A stretch of 64,000 bases of DNA from Podarcis erhardii (Eukaryota), in NCBI GenBank assembly GCA_964252035.1, contig OZ176213.1; one strand, 5' to 3'. Shown one piece after another: positions 11,336 through 23,737 of the stretch. A program made the position numbers and the translations under genes. Below the pieces are notes generated by a model. That model was not told the DNA's origin and ran no database searches. It was given only the letters and a program-made list of their open reading frames with translations. Position 1 is the stretch's first letter; each line of letters begins with the position of its first letter.

Positions 11336-13945
11336 AGTTCATCACCCTTCCTTCAGGAGGGGGAAAATAAGCAACTAGGAAAATTTGAATGGTTTTGCTC
11401 TCAAGTGGTATGTGTGTGCACACACGCCTGCCTCTGATAACACAGTCTGTCTTTCTGTGCCCAAAATAGCTATCTTGCCAGGTCTGGGCACATTGCCTTC
11501 TCAGAGCTCCCTGCAGGGAAGCATTTGAATTTTCCAAGTGGTAGAAACTTAGAGTTATGCAAAATGGACTTGGCCCACACCAAGTCCCTTCAGGCTTCAA
11601 ACGTCTGGGGATATGGTTAATAGTCAATAAAATATTTGACACAATTGTGCTGGTCATGCTTAAAAGCTGTTCTTTGTAAATGGATATAGAAGGCTCAGAG
11701 TAATGAACACAAATAGGTAACATTCAGCAAGAGAGTTCTGTGTTTTGTTTTTGTTTTCCTGGTGGGGAGGTGTCAAAAAGGCAACAACTGAGATTTCGTC
11801 TTTCCTGTAGTCTGTTTAAACAGGGTAGGAATATCGAATGTAGCAGCAGCTTAAAATAACTACTCCAGCCGTTAGAGGCTATTCAGAAGAATGAAAACTG
11901 CCAATCTTTACCATGAGTTAATTTTTCTGATTAGGTGAGCAGAAAGCAGGGTTAAAAGTTAGTGAGATGATGAATCAATGCCCTTCTAATTTAGAAATAA
12001 TACTGTTCTATTAGGGAGGAGGGCTTACTATACCATGCATTCTTCTGCAAGATTTTCAGCACCCTGTTAATTGATCCAAATGCTTTAATTGGAAAATCAA
12101 TCCATAGATTATAACACTGAATTATCTCAAGTGATGTTATATTTAGAGAATATAAATTTTGACCAGGTAATGAAACAAACAAATCATGTTTTACTTAAGC
12201 AAGTCATTTTAAAGATACCCACCTGGATCCAGAATATTTTGCCTTTTTGATGCATCTTCTTCCGGAAAGCAGAACTGCGGGGATTTGAAACTACACAAAG
12301 CAGCCCTGCCCTGCCCCCATTTCTTTTCACCACAAGGAGAAGATTGGAACATGTATTCTTTTGGATGTATTGCTCTTCTTCCTATATTGAAACAAATGGA
12401 GGAAGAATTGTGTGTAAGGAGCTCCATGTCCGGCCCTGAATTGGGTTTGGTATCTGGATCAAGGTAGCAAGCACATAATTTAAATGACCAATGTCAACTA
12501 GTTGTTCTGCTTAGTATTCACTTGTGGGGGAATGTTTTTCCAGCAAACTCATTGGGACAGGTAATTACTGCAGCAGCTACAGCCTAATTTGAAGTGTTAG
12601 CTGTTAATTAAAACACTGCCAAGGTGTCCGGTTTTCTTTTGGTGTAACCAAAGCTCCCATTCAGACTCCATTAATCACTTTACAGTTAATGTGCTGCAGG
12701 AGGTCAAGACAATTGAGATGCCATGGCGGTCAGGAGTAAACAAGTTTCCTTTCTTCCAGGTAGCATGGCACTTGCAGAAGCCAAGGGGATGCTCTGCCCC
12801 TGTGGGCACCGTATCTGTTTTGTGATCTCTTTCTCAATGATAATTAAAAGTTAAATTGCTACTGTCAATGCTCTGTAAACCAAACCAGGTACTTGCTCTT
12901 TGCTGGAAATTTAACCCAAACTTCCACGGATGAATTGGCGTGCATCATAATTAAATCATCAAGTCTTTCCTTTTAATTCATTTGGAAACAAGAGACCATC
13001 CCCATCCCCACTCCTCTCATGGAATAAGAAGGTGGTGGGAAGGATCGGCTTTCTTGACAGGCTAATTAAGTTGCCAAACTGCCCAGCACAGTACATATTG
13101 AACTAACAGACGTTAAGCATCCCATCTCAGATGTTTGTTTTCTTATCGTTTCTGCTTATCTGAAAGTCAAAATGTTCTGCCATTGTTGGTTCATCAATAG
13201 TTACCTCATGGATTACCTTCTATTTGGTTTATTGACTGTGCCTTCTGCTGTCAGTCTCTCAATTATCGTTTAAGTGGATAGTCTTCTTTTCTGCTTTTAA
13301 ATGCTTTTTCTTCAAATATATTTGGGATTCGCATAAATGCTGCTAAAAATTGTGTTTACAAATAAATCACATTGCTTGTGCATAATTTTAATACATAAAT
13401 TGTATTTTCATAAATTAAAATTAAATAATAGAAATGTAAATGTGTGAGTGATTATTCTGTAAAAAATTATAATATATATGAACAGAGGCACTGAGGCCGC
13501 AGTCCTTATGGCTAGCAAATCACATTGCATTTTATGGTGTGCTTTTTAGTTGAGTCCTGCAATGTCCTACCAAGACAAGAATAGTCCAGGTATTGATACC
13601 TGCCATGTGCTTGATATCACCCCCTTCTCTGTTTTTGCACTCCCAGGCAGGCAGCAAAATGGGAAGCCTATTTAGCTTTTATTAAACCACATTATGCAGT
13701 TGATAGGTTGCATTCAGTTGGTGAATTAGGAGTTGTGAAAGATTGATGTGAGTTTGCAAAATGGAAAGATGTCTGAAGCTGTTTACTTCATAAGAGCGAG
13801 AACTGGTGATGTGTATCACCCAAATTAACAAGTTGCTCAAAAATGGCATTGACTGCAAGTATTCATTAGTGTAACAAATCCAAAGAATGGATCTGATCCC
13901 CCCACTGCAGTTTGAACTGACTTTTTCTCTTTTTTCTGTATGCAG

Positions 13946-13985
13946 AGCAAACCATGTCCCCAGTGGGAAAATACTAGCCGTAAAG
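13946..13985 (+). CDS. MAP2K5: MAP2K5 exon 9 equivalent, (K)ANHVPSGKILAVK, with the catalytic Lys
   Basis: 40 nt; TGCAG acceptor, GTATGT donor; phase 2 start completes the AA|A Lys codon of the previous exon. Confidence 0.97.
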
Positions 13986-14153
13986 GTATGTTCTTCCAAA
14001 AAACTGCTTTACAAAAAAGTCCTCTTCTACCCTGCCCCAACCATCAAATTCTTATTTCAGCATTATTTGCCTTGGTGCATGAAAGCAAAACATATACATG
14101 TTCAGGCCATAGTGCAAAAAGCATCACACATACACATATACATACACACACAC

Positions 14154-14250
14154 ATTATTATATTGTATTAAATTGTATTATATTGTATTGTATTATTATA
14201 TTATATTATATTATATTATATTATATTATATTATATTATATTAATAATTA
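14154..14250. repeat. (TATTR)n pentanucleotide microsatellite
   Basis: TATTG/TATTA units in tandem. Confidence 0.95.
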
Positions 14251-15182
14251 TCACACCACTACACACTCTTTCCTTTCTAGGTCACACAAGTAGTCTTGGG
14301 AAGTATTTGCATGCATTGGAAAAGTAATGAACTGGAAACTGTCAGTTAGAAAATCTCAGATACTGTTGGTGCACCAAGCACACTGGCCCAGCTTGTCCAT
14401 TCTGTTGCTGAAGCCTTCAGCATTCCTAGAATATGTTTTCAAGTGCTTTCTTCATCTTCCTTTTGAAATGGGTCTTCCTTTCCTGCTTCCACTCAGAGAC
14501 CTTCTGTCTTCCACCAGTAAGACATCAGCATACTCTGAGAGAACAACAAATTCTTCCTAAACTTAAGTTGTTGCTGACCTGGCAAAATCCAAACCCCATG
14601 CTTTGGATTACAGGTTCCATCGGCCCCTGCAAGCACAACTGCTGAAGTCCAGAACATCTTGGGGTGGGGTGGGGTGGGGTGGGGGAGGTGGCACCAGGTT
14701 GGCAGAGGCAGTGTTAGACAAATTGCACTGAATTCCTTTTTGGAATCCACCACTTCCTGGTTGGGAAAAATAAGCCTGATTCTTCTGTTAAATAATGAGG
14801 GCTTTGACAGCAAATATTGCCCTGATTTGCGCAAACACACCCACCCCTTACATATCAGAACAGGTGTCGTTTTTCAGCAAGCCTTACATGGAGATTATTA
14901 TCCCAACCTGTATCTGCATTGGACCTGAAATTGTTTTTATCTACTGTATACTTTTTGTGTGAATGTGTTTCTTGTTAAATCAATATATTATGGGAATAAA
15001 ATAATAAGTGTCTGATCCCAATACTTTCGGTGCCAGTAAATCAAGGTTTATGACTGAAGCACCGACACAGCTTTATCACTTTCTTGCACAGCTCTAGCTA
15101 CTTAAGAGGTTAAGGATAATCACAGCCATTCATGTGAGTGTGAAGATTGGTGGTTTGGAAGCAAAGCAGGTGTGGACCAGTG

Positions 15183-15420
15183 TGAGAGCCAGTGGGGTAT
15201 ATTGGTTAAGAGCACAGGACAAGGACTGGGCAAACCAGATTCAAGTCTGCAACTTAGGCAGGAAGCCCACTAGAAGACAATGGGCCAGTCCCCATGTCAT
15301 AATCTTAACTTTCTTCACAGGGCTGTGGTGATAAAATGGGAAGGGAAGGAAAGAGAGGGGCCATAATATTTGCATTGAGGCATTCTAAAAGAAGAGTTGG
15401 GGTTTAAATGTAATAATAAT
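15183..15420 (+). mobile_element. Old Squam3-like SINE
   Basis: GAGAGCCAGTGGGGTATATTGGTTAAGAGC head, diverged body, AT-rich tail. Confidence 0.65.
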
Positions 15421-18400
15421 ATGAACACTGACAAGACAACCACTCAAGCCAGGATGCCGATGAGCTGGTGAGCAGATTAGCTGGCCAGGTGGTGAGCAGA
15501 TGTCGGCCATCTGAGAGACACTTGATCTTTTACCTGAACAGCAAGTTGCTCAGGCAGAAGTTTCAGGGTACAGGGCCAGAAGGAATCTCATTGGCCTCCT
15601 GAGTCACCTGGCTGCTTGTCAGAGCATCATCTAAATGCAGCAGAGAAAGGGCCAGCAGCTCTGTCCTCGGACAAGTCCTCATGGTGGCTCAGAGAACAAG
15701 ATGCCTCTGGCACTCCAGCAGCTAAACCAAGTTGAGGCTGCAGGGCCTTAGGCTGGGCATAAGAATGCTATTTGACTTGTTGATTCGGGTGTGAAAATAT
15801 ATTGAGCCTTGCTTTGTGGAAAGAGGGAGAAGAGTTTGAAAAAAGAGGGTGCCAGCAGTTTATACTCCCCCTCTCACTTCAAAACTATTTCTGTTTACTT
15901 AAAAACAGAGAGGAAAAATCTGTATGAGTTGAATATGCAATAAACTCCTGCTTTGTGGTTTCCTATCAGCTGATGCCTGTGGAACGTGCCCTCTGAACCT
16001 TCCTACCTCCTGCGGGAAGCCACCCGACTGAGGAGGTAGCATCCCTCCCCTTGCGTTGTGTGTGAGGAGGCCGTGTGCTGTTCTGCAACTACAGTGTTTC
16101 CTCTGCTCTTAACCTAGCATTTAAATGGTCCATTTGATTAATCATTTGTATACTGACTATCGTACTCCCAAATTTCCTCTGAGTTGTACATACTGTAAAA
16201 GACAATTATGTCACCACAGATTAAATAAGTGAATTAAAATGGAGTTGCAGCTTAATTTGACCTGTGATTTTGCTCTCGTTCCCTTTAGTGGCGTGCACAC
16301 CATTCCAGCAAATAGATGAAGTCATCCATGACAGCCGGTGATGAATTGCCATCGCTATACTGTATATTTTAATAGCCTCTCACTAATTTAAATTGAGCAC
16401 CGAGTAAATTATAATTCAGTCACTTGACTGCTTGTATTTAACTTGACAACTCATCCTTATTTGTCCTGGAGGTGTAGGAGAGAAGTGGAGAAAATGGGCT
16501 CAGGTATTTCTCATAGGGTTAACCCTTTCCCCTTGTAGTGTTCCGTGTCAAAGCCATTGTAGATAGGAACTTGATTGCTATTTCTGTTGCTGCTGTTATT
16601 TAACAAAAGGCGGGGCAATGATTTTAGGGCTGGGAGTCACATTTCCCATTTTAAATTGGGAAATGGGTTACACTCAAACTGTATGAACATGCCCCCTGAC
16701 CCCTTTCCTTCCTTACCACCCCTTTTCTTGGCACACTTCCACTCAAATAAATTAATAAAATATATGGGGCCAGAATACCAATGCAGGTCCCAGTATTCAA
16801 TACCTACCCTTTGTCCATTTCTGTATTTAGAGTAACTAAAATCGTGTAAAAAAAAATAATGAAGGTGATTTAGGGCCCAGAGTTACAGTGCAATTCTAAA
16901 CATGTCTACCCAGGAGTAATTCCTACTGAATTCAAAAAGGCTTACTCCTGGGTAAGGGGGGTTTGGTTTGTATTCTGAGTCTGTGATCCAACAGGAAAAT
17001 CATGGCTGCCTGTTTGCTGACATAGTTTATATCCTGCACCTTCAACATAATTTTGTATCTCAGGGCAGCCAAGAGAGTAGTCAGAAACAAGAAGTACAAT
17101 TTAGGTGATAATGTGTGCAAACTAGCTCATTTTAATAGGTGGTAAAATCAAACTGTTCTAAGTTACATTCTTACATTAGCATTTTTAAAAAGATAGTGGC
17201 TAAATGATAGCTGTGAGTTCTCCAGGTGGGCCTCTTTGGGAGGGCATTCCAAAGGTTTACTTTTAGTGAGCCTTGGGGAGTTGAGAGGAACTTGTGCCAT
17301 GTTGACATGGGTGGGTTTATGCATGACTGACTCAATATCAAATCAGGCCACAATCTGGATCTTCTGCAGTTTCCTAGCATCCTCTAAGTTGGCTGCGTGT
17401 GGTCCTCAGCCTTACTTCCAGTGGGGAAACTAGAAGGAAAGAAGGAAGGCAGAGCAAGACCAAAATGGGAAGGAAAACCAAAACGGAGGTGGGGGGAAGT
17501 CCTCTGTAAGCAATCGGTTCAGACTTCTTGCAAGAACATCTTCCCTTGCAGAGAGAAAGAGAAGCTGGTGACAGAGGTGACAAAGAAAGAAGAGAATTTG
17601 ACCCTGCCCACCTTGAGCCCTGGTCCTGCCCACTGCTGGCATGTGACCCCTAAGGAAATGCAACCCTTTCCAGAAAAAGTTTACTTGCCTCTGTCCTAAA
17701 ATAATTCTGGCTAAGTCCACAGTGGTGAATGTACCATGATTACTGTTTTGAACTTACTTTGGGGAAAACGGAAACTCCCTAAAATTGCATAGTGGGTGTT
17801 TCATGTGGCATGCCGTGGCCACAGTTTTTCAGTGGTGTGGCATGAGATTGTGTCATAGTGGCCAATCTCTGTGACAAGCCTTTGCTCGTGTACACATTGC
17901 GGCCTGGGGCAATTGGCAGCATTAATGCAATGTTGAGTAAAAGCCATGTGGTGGCCATTTCGTGTGAAGGAGGGCTAAGACCCTTCCATTCTTAAAAATC
18001 AATGTGCCTGTAATTCACAGCAACTCAGGGACTTTCTTCATTTCACGTCTTGGCTGATGCAGCATTTGCCATCCGTGACATCGAATCCAGTCAATATTCG
18101 GCTAAAGCTTTTGCAATGGGGGAAGCTGGGTTTCGAGCAGGGTTTTAACAATTGGAAAAGCAATCTCTTTTAGATATGATAGAGGGTTAAATTTTGTTGT
18201 TGTTTTAATGGGCAAAATTGATACAGTGTTCCAGCAGGTTACTTTGTTTTAAGCTTTCCACCCTGGAAAAAAAATGTAAGTGAATATTGTTGGCAAATGA
18301 CTATTGATCTGGAGAAATGTGTTAAATGTTCTCTTGGCAGCCTTTCTATTACAGTTACAATTTAGTTTAGTGAGAGCTTTTATAAATAACCCTAAAGCAA

Positions 18401-18631
18401 ATTCTTGATAGAAACTGGTTATGCTCTTTTTTCTCTGTTTAGACATACATCAATACTGTAAAATGTAGGTTTAGAAATGGGTTCTTTTTGTATGTGTGGT
18501 GTGGTGTTTTGTTTTGTTTTAAAATCAGAGGTCATGTTGCTTTCCATTGCCAACCTCGTGTGTTGTTGGTTGTGTTAATCCTGCAAAATATTATTGAGTC
18601 TCAACCAAGTACCAAAATCCTTGGGAGTGTA

Positions 18632-18667
<36 letters not shown>
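18632..18667. repeat. (TAT)n microsatellite (tail of the adjacent minus-strand L2 fragment)
   Basis: Direct inspection. Confidence 0.95.
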
Positions 18668-18669
<2 letters not shown>

Positions 18670-18900
18670 TTTAATTTATTAATCACTTTCCATGAAACTC
18701 CCTAAAGCAATTAACAATAAAAAATTCAATAATAAAAACATATGTAAAAACAATTTCATATCCAATACATAAATCTATCTAAATAAAAAGCTCTACCTAA
18801 AAGGTTTGTTGGAAAATGAAAAACTTCAGTAGGCACCAGAAAGGCAATAAATATGGTACCTGTCTGATATGTAATGGTAGGGAGCTCCATAACACACCAT
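18670..18900 (-). mobile_element. L2-type LINE 3' fragment
   Basis: CTTCAGTAGGCACCAGAAAGGCAATAA..ACCTGTCTGAT..GGTAGGGAGCTCCATAAC next to the (TAT)n tail. Confidence 0.55.
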
Positions 18901-19269
18901 AATTTTATTTAAAATGTGTTGCCACTCCCTGGGTCAGATAAAACTGACTTGGTAGTTGCCTGGTTTTCAACCAGTGTGCCGTGGCACACAGAGGTGTCTT
19001 GAAGGATGGTCAGGGATAACGTGGGCAACACTGGCCGGTAACTTATTAGGTGTGAGCTTTAGTTACTGGTTGCAAAGATCTTTACAGGTGTTGATCGTCA
19101 CTTGAAATACCCTATTCTGTTGGCAACAAACTGGCAGTCTGTTGGTGGTAGCCAGTTGACTTGAGCAGGAGTTGACTTGAACCACCTGAAAAATATATAG
19201 GTTTGTTGATGGCCACAGTGTTCACATGCATTATGTAATGAGATATAATGTTCTGATGCTTGCTTTCAG

Positions 19270-19338
19270 GTGATTCCTTTAGATATTACACTGGAACTTC
19301 AAAAGCAGATTATGTCGGAGTTAGAAATTCTTTACAAG
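19270..19338 (+). CDS. MAP2K5: MAP2K5 exon 10 equivalent, VIPLDITLELQKQIMSELEILYK (alphaC helix)
   Basis: 69 nt; TTTCAG acceptor, GTATAA donor; in frame. Confidence 0.98.
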
Positions 19339-19418
19339 GTATAATTTTCTAGCATTTACATTTCAATTCTGTGTATAGTGTGCCTTCAACATTGACATTT
19401 TTCTCTCTTCATCTGCAG

Positions 19419-19500
19419 TGTGATTCGTCCTATATCATAGGATTTTACGGTGCTTTTTTTGTAGAAAACAGGATTTCCCTTTGTACTGAATTCATGGATG
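19419..19500 (+). CDS. MAP2K5: MAP2K5 exon 11 equivalent, CDSSYIIGFYGAFFVENRISLCTEFMD(G)
   Basis: 82 nt; CTGCAG acceptor, GTGAGT donor; also visible inside ORF 19371..19574. Confidence 0.98.
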
Positions 19501-20360
19501 GTGAGTGGCGCTTGCATATTCTTGAAAAGCCTCAACTGTGGTTTTTTTTAAATGTAATTGGGAAATCAATTTGAACATTTGTGCACATCCTAAAGAAGCA
19601 CAAAGCGATTCCTAGTACAGATGGTGCAAGATGTCTTTTTCTCTTTTTTTTAGGAGGTATTTTAAAAATAATAACCTTTCACAAGCCTTAACACATCAGG
19701 CAGGCGAGAGTCATGATTACTTGATGTTAAGTATGTTACATTTTCCTCAATGGAGCTGCATTGACTTTTTATTGGAAATTTAAATAGAACAGAAGTAAAT
19801 GCTGCTTTATCTGTTGCTTGATATTTTCGACTTCCATACAATCTGTCTTTACTGACAAAACAGCTGTTCCCACTTTTAATGTTTCAGTCGCCAGCACAGA
19901 TTTTCCTTTAAATAAGCCTATTAGCTCACCCATTGTCCTGTGTGTTTTCAGCAAGCAGGAGTGGGTTGGGCATGGCAGGATTAAAGAGTTTCAGAGATTT
20001 TTTCGCCTGGGTTTCCTTAGCAATTTAACCCCATTGTTCATCCAATTAGAAATGTATCACATGAACAAGGCAGATGCACCTGAGCAGGTGAGTCAAGCAA
20101 TTGATTTTGATAGCAAGATATTTCCTCCCTATCCCTGGCAATATCACAAAAGAACTCTGGAGCCACTACTCCAGGATTGTGCTTTCCTCTCAGATGATGC
20201 AGTGTAGTGGCTTGGGCCAGCCCTATAGGTGAACAAGGGGGACGTTGGCAGACCTCACTTTGCTTATTACAGGCTAATCCTTTCTTCTGAGTCAATATCT
20301 TTACAAGCAAGTTCCTCTGTGTTTTATTTGATATTAACTATGTTTTGTTTGTTCCTGCAG

Positions 20361-20422
20361 GGGGCTCTTTGGATGTCTACAGAAAAATTCCAGAACACGT
20401 ACTGGGAAGAATAGCCGTAGCA
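20361..20422 (+). CDS. MAP2K5: MAP2K5 exon 12 equivalent, (G)GSLDVYRKIPEHVLGRIAVA
   Basis: 62 nt; CCTGCAG acceptor, GTGAGT donor; phases match neighbours. Confidence 0.98.
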
Positions 20423-21235
20423 GTGAGTACTTTGGGGTTCTATTTTTAATATAATAGTGTTAAATACTTAAATATTTATCACAGCTGATATTTGTAGATA
20501 TAAATATCATAGGAAGATGAGGAGTGGGGGGAGAGTGAGAATCATGGGGCACCTTGATAGCTAACAAATTTATTATGTGTGAACTATTGAGGAACTTCAT
20601 TCTGGACTTCAGTCCACAAAAGCTTTTGCCATTATAAAATCTGTTAGTTTTCAACAGGCCCCAAGACCCTTGGTGGTTTTTGGTGCAACAGACTACACAA
20701 CTACCCCCCTAAAAATGGGGGTGGGGAAAACCTCTTCCTTTTCTAGTATGTATTGGAGAATCGCAAATAAGTTTGGTTTGTAATTTGTTGGAGCCTAAGA
20801 AGTCTGCTTATAAGAAAACACCCTACAAAGTTTCTATATTATTAATTCTCATGTTGGCGTACTGTAGTCTCTTTAATTTTGTCAGTTTCATCAGTTGAAA
20901 GTTGTTTTCATAGAGATGTCTGGAAATTGCCATTAAAGTTCAATTTCAGTTTTTTATAATGTTGGAGTACTCTAAACAAATTCTAAAAGCCACATAAAAG
21001 CCACATGTTTTTCAAACAGCCTAATAGCAATCCTGTTATATATTTTGAAACTAATGTTGCATTCCATTTCACTTGTATCTTATTACATGCTTACCAGGAA
21101 GTTTTTGTCAAGTGAAACACATCTTCATCTGCATGTATTTGCACTGTTGATTGTATTCAGTTTTCGGGGGGGGTAGGTAGTATATCAGATTGACTTTATA
21201 AAAAGTAAATAACTCACATTACAGAGTTTAGGACA

Positions 21236-21345
21236 GGGTGACGAAGATGGGGACCCCCAGATGTTGTTGGACTACGATGCCCATCTTTCCTGACCGATGA
21301 GCATGCTGGCTGTGACTGATGGGAGTCGGAGTGCAACAATATCCC
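21236..21345. mobile_element. Short hairpin MITE, degenerate
   Basis: CAGATGTTGTTGGACTAC..CCCATC / GATGGGAGTCGGAGT arms. Confidence 0.6.
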
Positions 21346-21546
21346 CCAGTGTAGGGCATAATCAACTTTATACCATCAATTAACATACATTTCTATTGGG
21401 TATTTGTGAAAGGTGTTATGCAATTCTACCTCCCATATTTGTTTTGTCTCTTCATAGCAAAACCACTATTGATCTCAACAGCCCTTTTTGTATTTGCTTA
21501 GTTTTCTGTGCAAATTCATACTGTTTATCACTAGCATTCAGAGTTA

Positions 21547-21713
21547 CTGTATTTTTCCGTGTATAAGATGCCCCCATGTATAAGACGTCCCCTATTTTGG
21601 GAGACTCCAACTTAAGAAAACACCCCTTAGCACTACCCGTGAATAAGATGAGCCAATTTCAAACCCAATTTTTTGGTTAAAAAAAACCTAGTCTTATAAA
21701 CAGAAAAATACAG
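21547..21713. mobile_element. Tc1/mariner (Tigger-like) MITE
   Basis: TIRs CTGTATTTTTCCGTGTATAAGA / TCTTATAAACAGAAAAATACAG (20/22), TA at 21545-46 and 21714-15. Confidence 0.88.
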
Positions 21714-21724
21714 TATATGCAGAG

Positions 21725-22170
21725 GTTGCCATGTAGCTGCCATGGCTAATGGCCCTTGATAGCCTTCCTAAATCTGGTGCCCCCCAGATATTTTGAGCTG
21801 TAACTCCCATCACCCCCCCATTCATCTTACTGGCTGAAGCTCTTGAGAGCTGTAGTACAAAACATCTGTAGTCCAGCAGCTTGCAGAAGGCTGCCCTTGA
21901 TAGACTCATTTTCCATGAATTTACATAATCCTTCTTAAAGCTATCTAAGCCAGCAGCTACCATCTCATGGTAGGAAATTATTTGAGTTTATTAAGCAGTA
22001 TATAAAGAAGGCCATTCCTCCTGTGAGTCTTTAATGTATGGCCATGCAGCTTCATTGGGTGACCCCATATTAAACTGTTAGCACAGAAGGAGAAAAGTTC
22101 TGCTCTATCCACCCTTTTGCCATGGTTCGTAATTCTATAAACCTTTGCCCTCTTTCTTTTTCTTTTCTTT
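21725..22170 (-). mobile_element. CR1-type LINE fragment, interrupted by a hairpin MITE at about 21770-21895
   Basis: GCTAATGGCCCTTGATAGCC ... CCATGAATTTACATAATCCTTCTTAAAGCTATCTAAG..GCTACCATCTCATGG (reverse CR1 3' end). Confidence 0.65.
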
Positions 22171-23479
22171 TTTCCTAAAGCGAGTAGTCCCTAATATTAA
22201 GTTATGCACTTGCACAACGTATAGGCATATAACATACAGCTACCCCAATATATAGGACCTATTTTCCCCAGAAGATCAATAATAATTCTGTTTGCTCCAT
22301 CCATTAGTGTGGTGTACATGAAGGTCCCAGATAGTCTTCTCTCCATGATCCATCCAGAAGCTGCTTCAGCATAGTTGTTGCACTAGTATTAGATCTTATC
22401 CCTTCATGCCATGCTGGGGATAATGAGCTGAATTCTCCAAGTCTAAGAAGAGAATGTATCATAATTTTAAAGCCGCAGCCAAGACCAGTTGGAAGGGAGG
22501 TGTCATGGGGTAGGGTGCTGCTGAACAATTGCTAAATCTGAAGCAGGCTTTGATAATTTAAGTGGTTTAAAGCAGAACAAAAAGTTATTCTAAAATGTAC
22601 CATTTAATTAAATGCCTGTTTTCCACACTCATTATACATCAAGCTGACAACTGAAATCCTTTAATCTGATGCAGGCAGCTATTTAGGCTCCTTTCATTGT
22701 AATTCGCAGCTCAGCTTCATTCTCTCCACTTTAGCTGCATGTGCAAAGAGCATCTTTTAATCTGATGCTATCGCTTTGGAGCACTTGCAGATGGGCTTGT
22801 TTTTTCAGACTCGGCATGGTTCGCTTCTAACACACACACATGCACATACTGCTTTGGTGAGAGTAAAAGTGTTTCACTTTTGCAGTCCAGAGGATTTGCA
22901 CGATCTTATTAAATAACATTCATTTCTATAGTTCACTGTAAATTACAAATACTTTCTCCTCCTAGGCCTTTAGCCTGACAACAAGCATTCTGGAGTAGCA
23001 TCTTCAAACAGTTTTTCCAGAAAGGGAACATGTGCTGTGTCCAAGGCCACGCAGTGGATTCATGGCCAAACTAAAATCAAATTTTTGCATGATTTCTGAA
23101 AACCTGACTTTGAGTGATTGATCTAAGAAATCTTAAGTCTCTAGTTCAGTCCAACCCTTTTGGGTCCATGGAAACATCTGCAAACAGGAGAAATGAGTGC
23201 ATTCCACCCCTCACTCAACCTAACACACACCACAATCTAGTCTACTGTCTCCAATAAATGCTACTTTCACAATTAATTTCAGCAGCATTGGGGTACAGGA
23301 CCCTGGAGGCACCAGGGAAGACTTGTGCAGGTGAGCTTGCAAGTCTGGAGGTGTGCATGGGGCAGCCAGGGCTATGTGATAAGAGCCTTAAAAAAACTCA
23401 GCCATTCAGCAGAGAAGGTGGAGAAAGAGTGTGTGTGTTATGAATTATGCTACTCCTGCTACTCCTGAACTCCTGACTA

Positions 23480-23737
23480 CAGCGGTACCTTGGGTTACAG
23501 ACGCTTCAGGTTACAGACGCTTCAGGTTACAGACGCTTCAGGTTACAGACTCCGCTAACCCAGAAATAGTGCTTCAGGTTAATAATTTTGCTTCAGGATG
23601 AGAACAGAAATCATGCGGCAGCGGCATGTCAGCAGCTGGAGGCCCCATTAGCTAAAGTGGTGCTTCAGGTTAAGAACAGTTTCAGGTTAAGAATGGACCT
23701 CCAGAACGCATTAAGTTCTTAACCAGAGCTACCACGG
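23480..23737 (+). mobile_element. Tc1/mariner MITE, same family as 8119-8341, with an internal 16-bp triplication
   Basis: TA-flanked; CAGCGGTACCTTGGGTTAC left TIR; TTACAGACGCTTCAGG x3. Confidence 0.9.

Noticed and set aside
14790-15010. 3'-UTR-like segment ending in AATAAA, possible nested transcript or LINE end
   Set aside because: No recognisable ORF or family signature in any frame; AATAAA is common in AT-rich introns.
23495-23550. CRISPR-like or other prokaryotic repeat arrays
   Set aside because: The short repeats are head-to-tail with no unique spacers and lie inside a MITE; nothing prokaryotic or viral was seen in the window.
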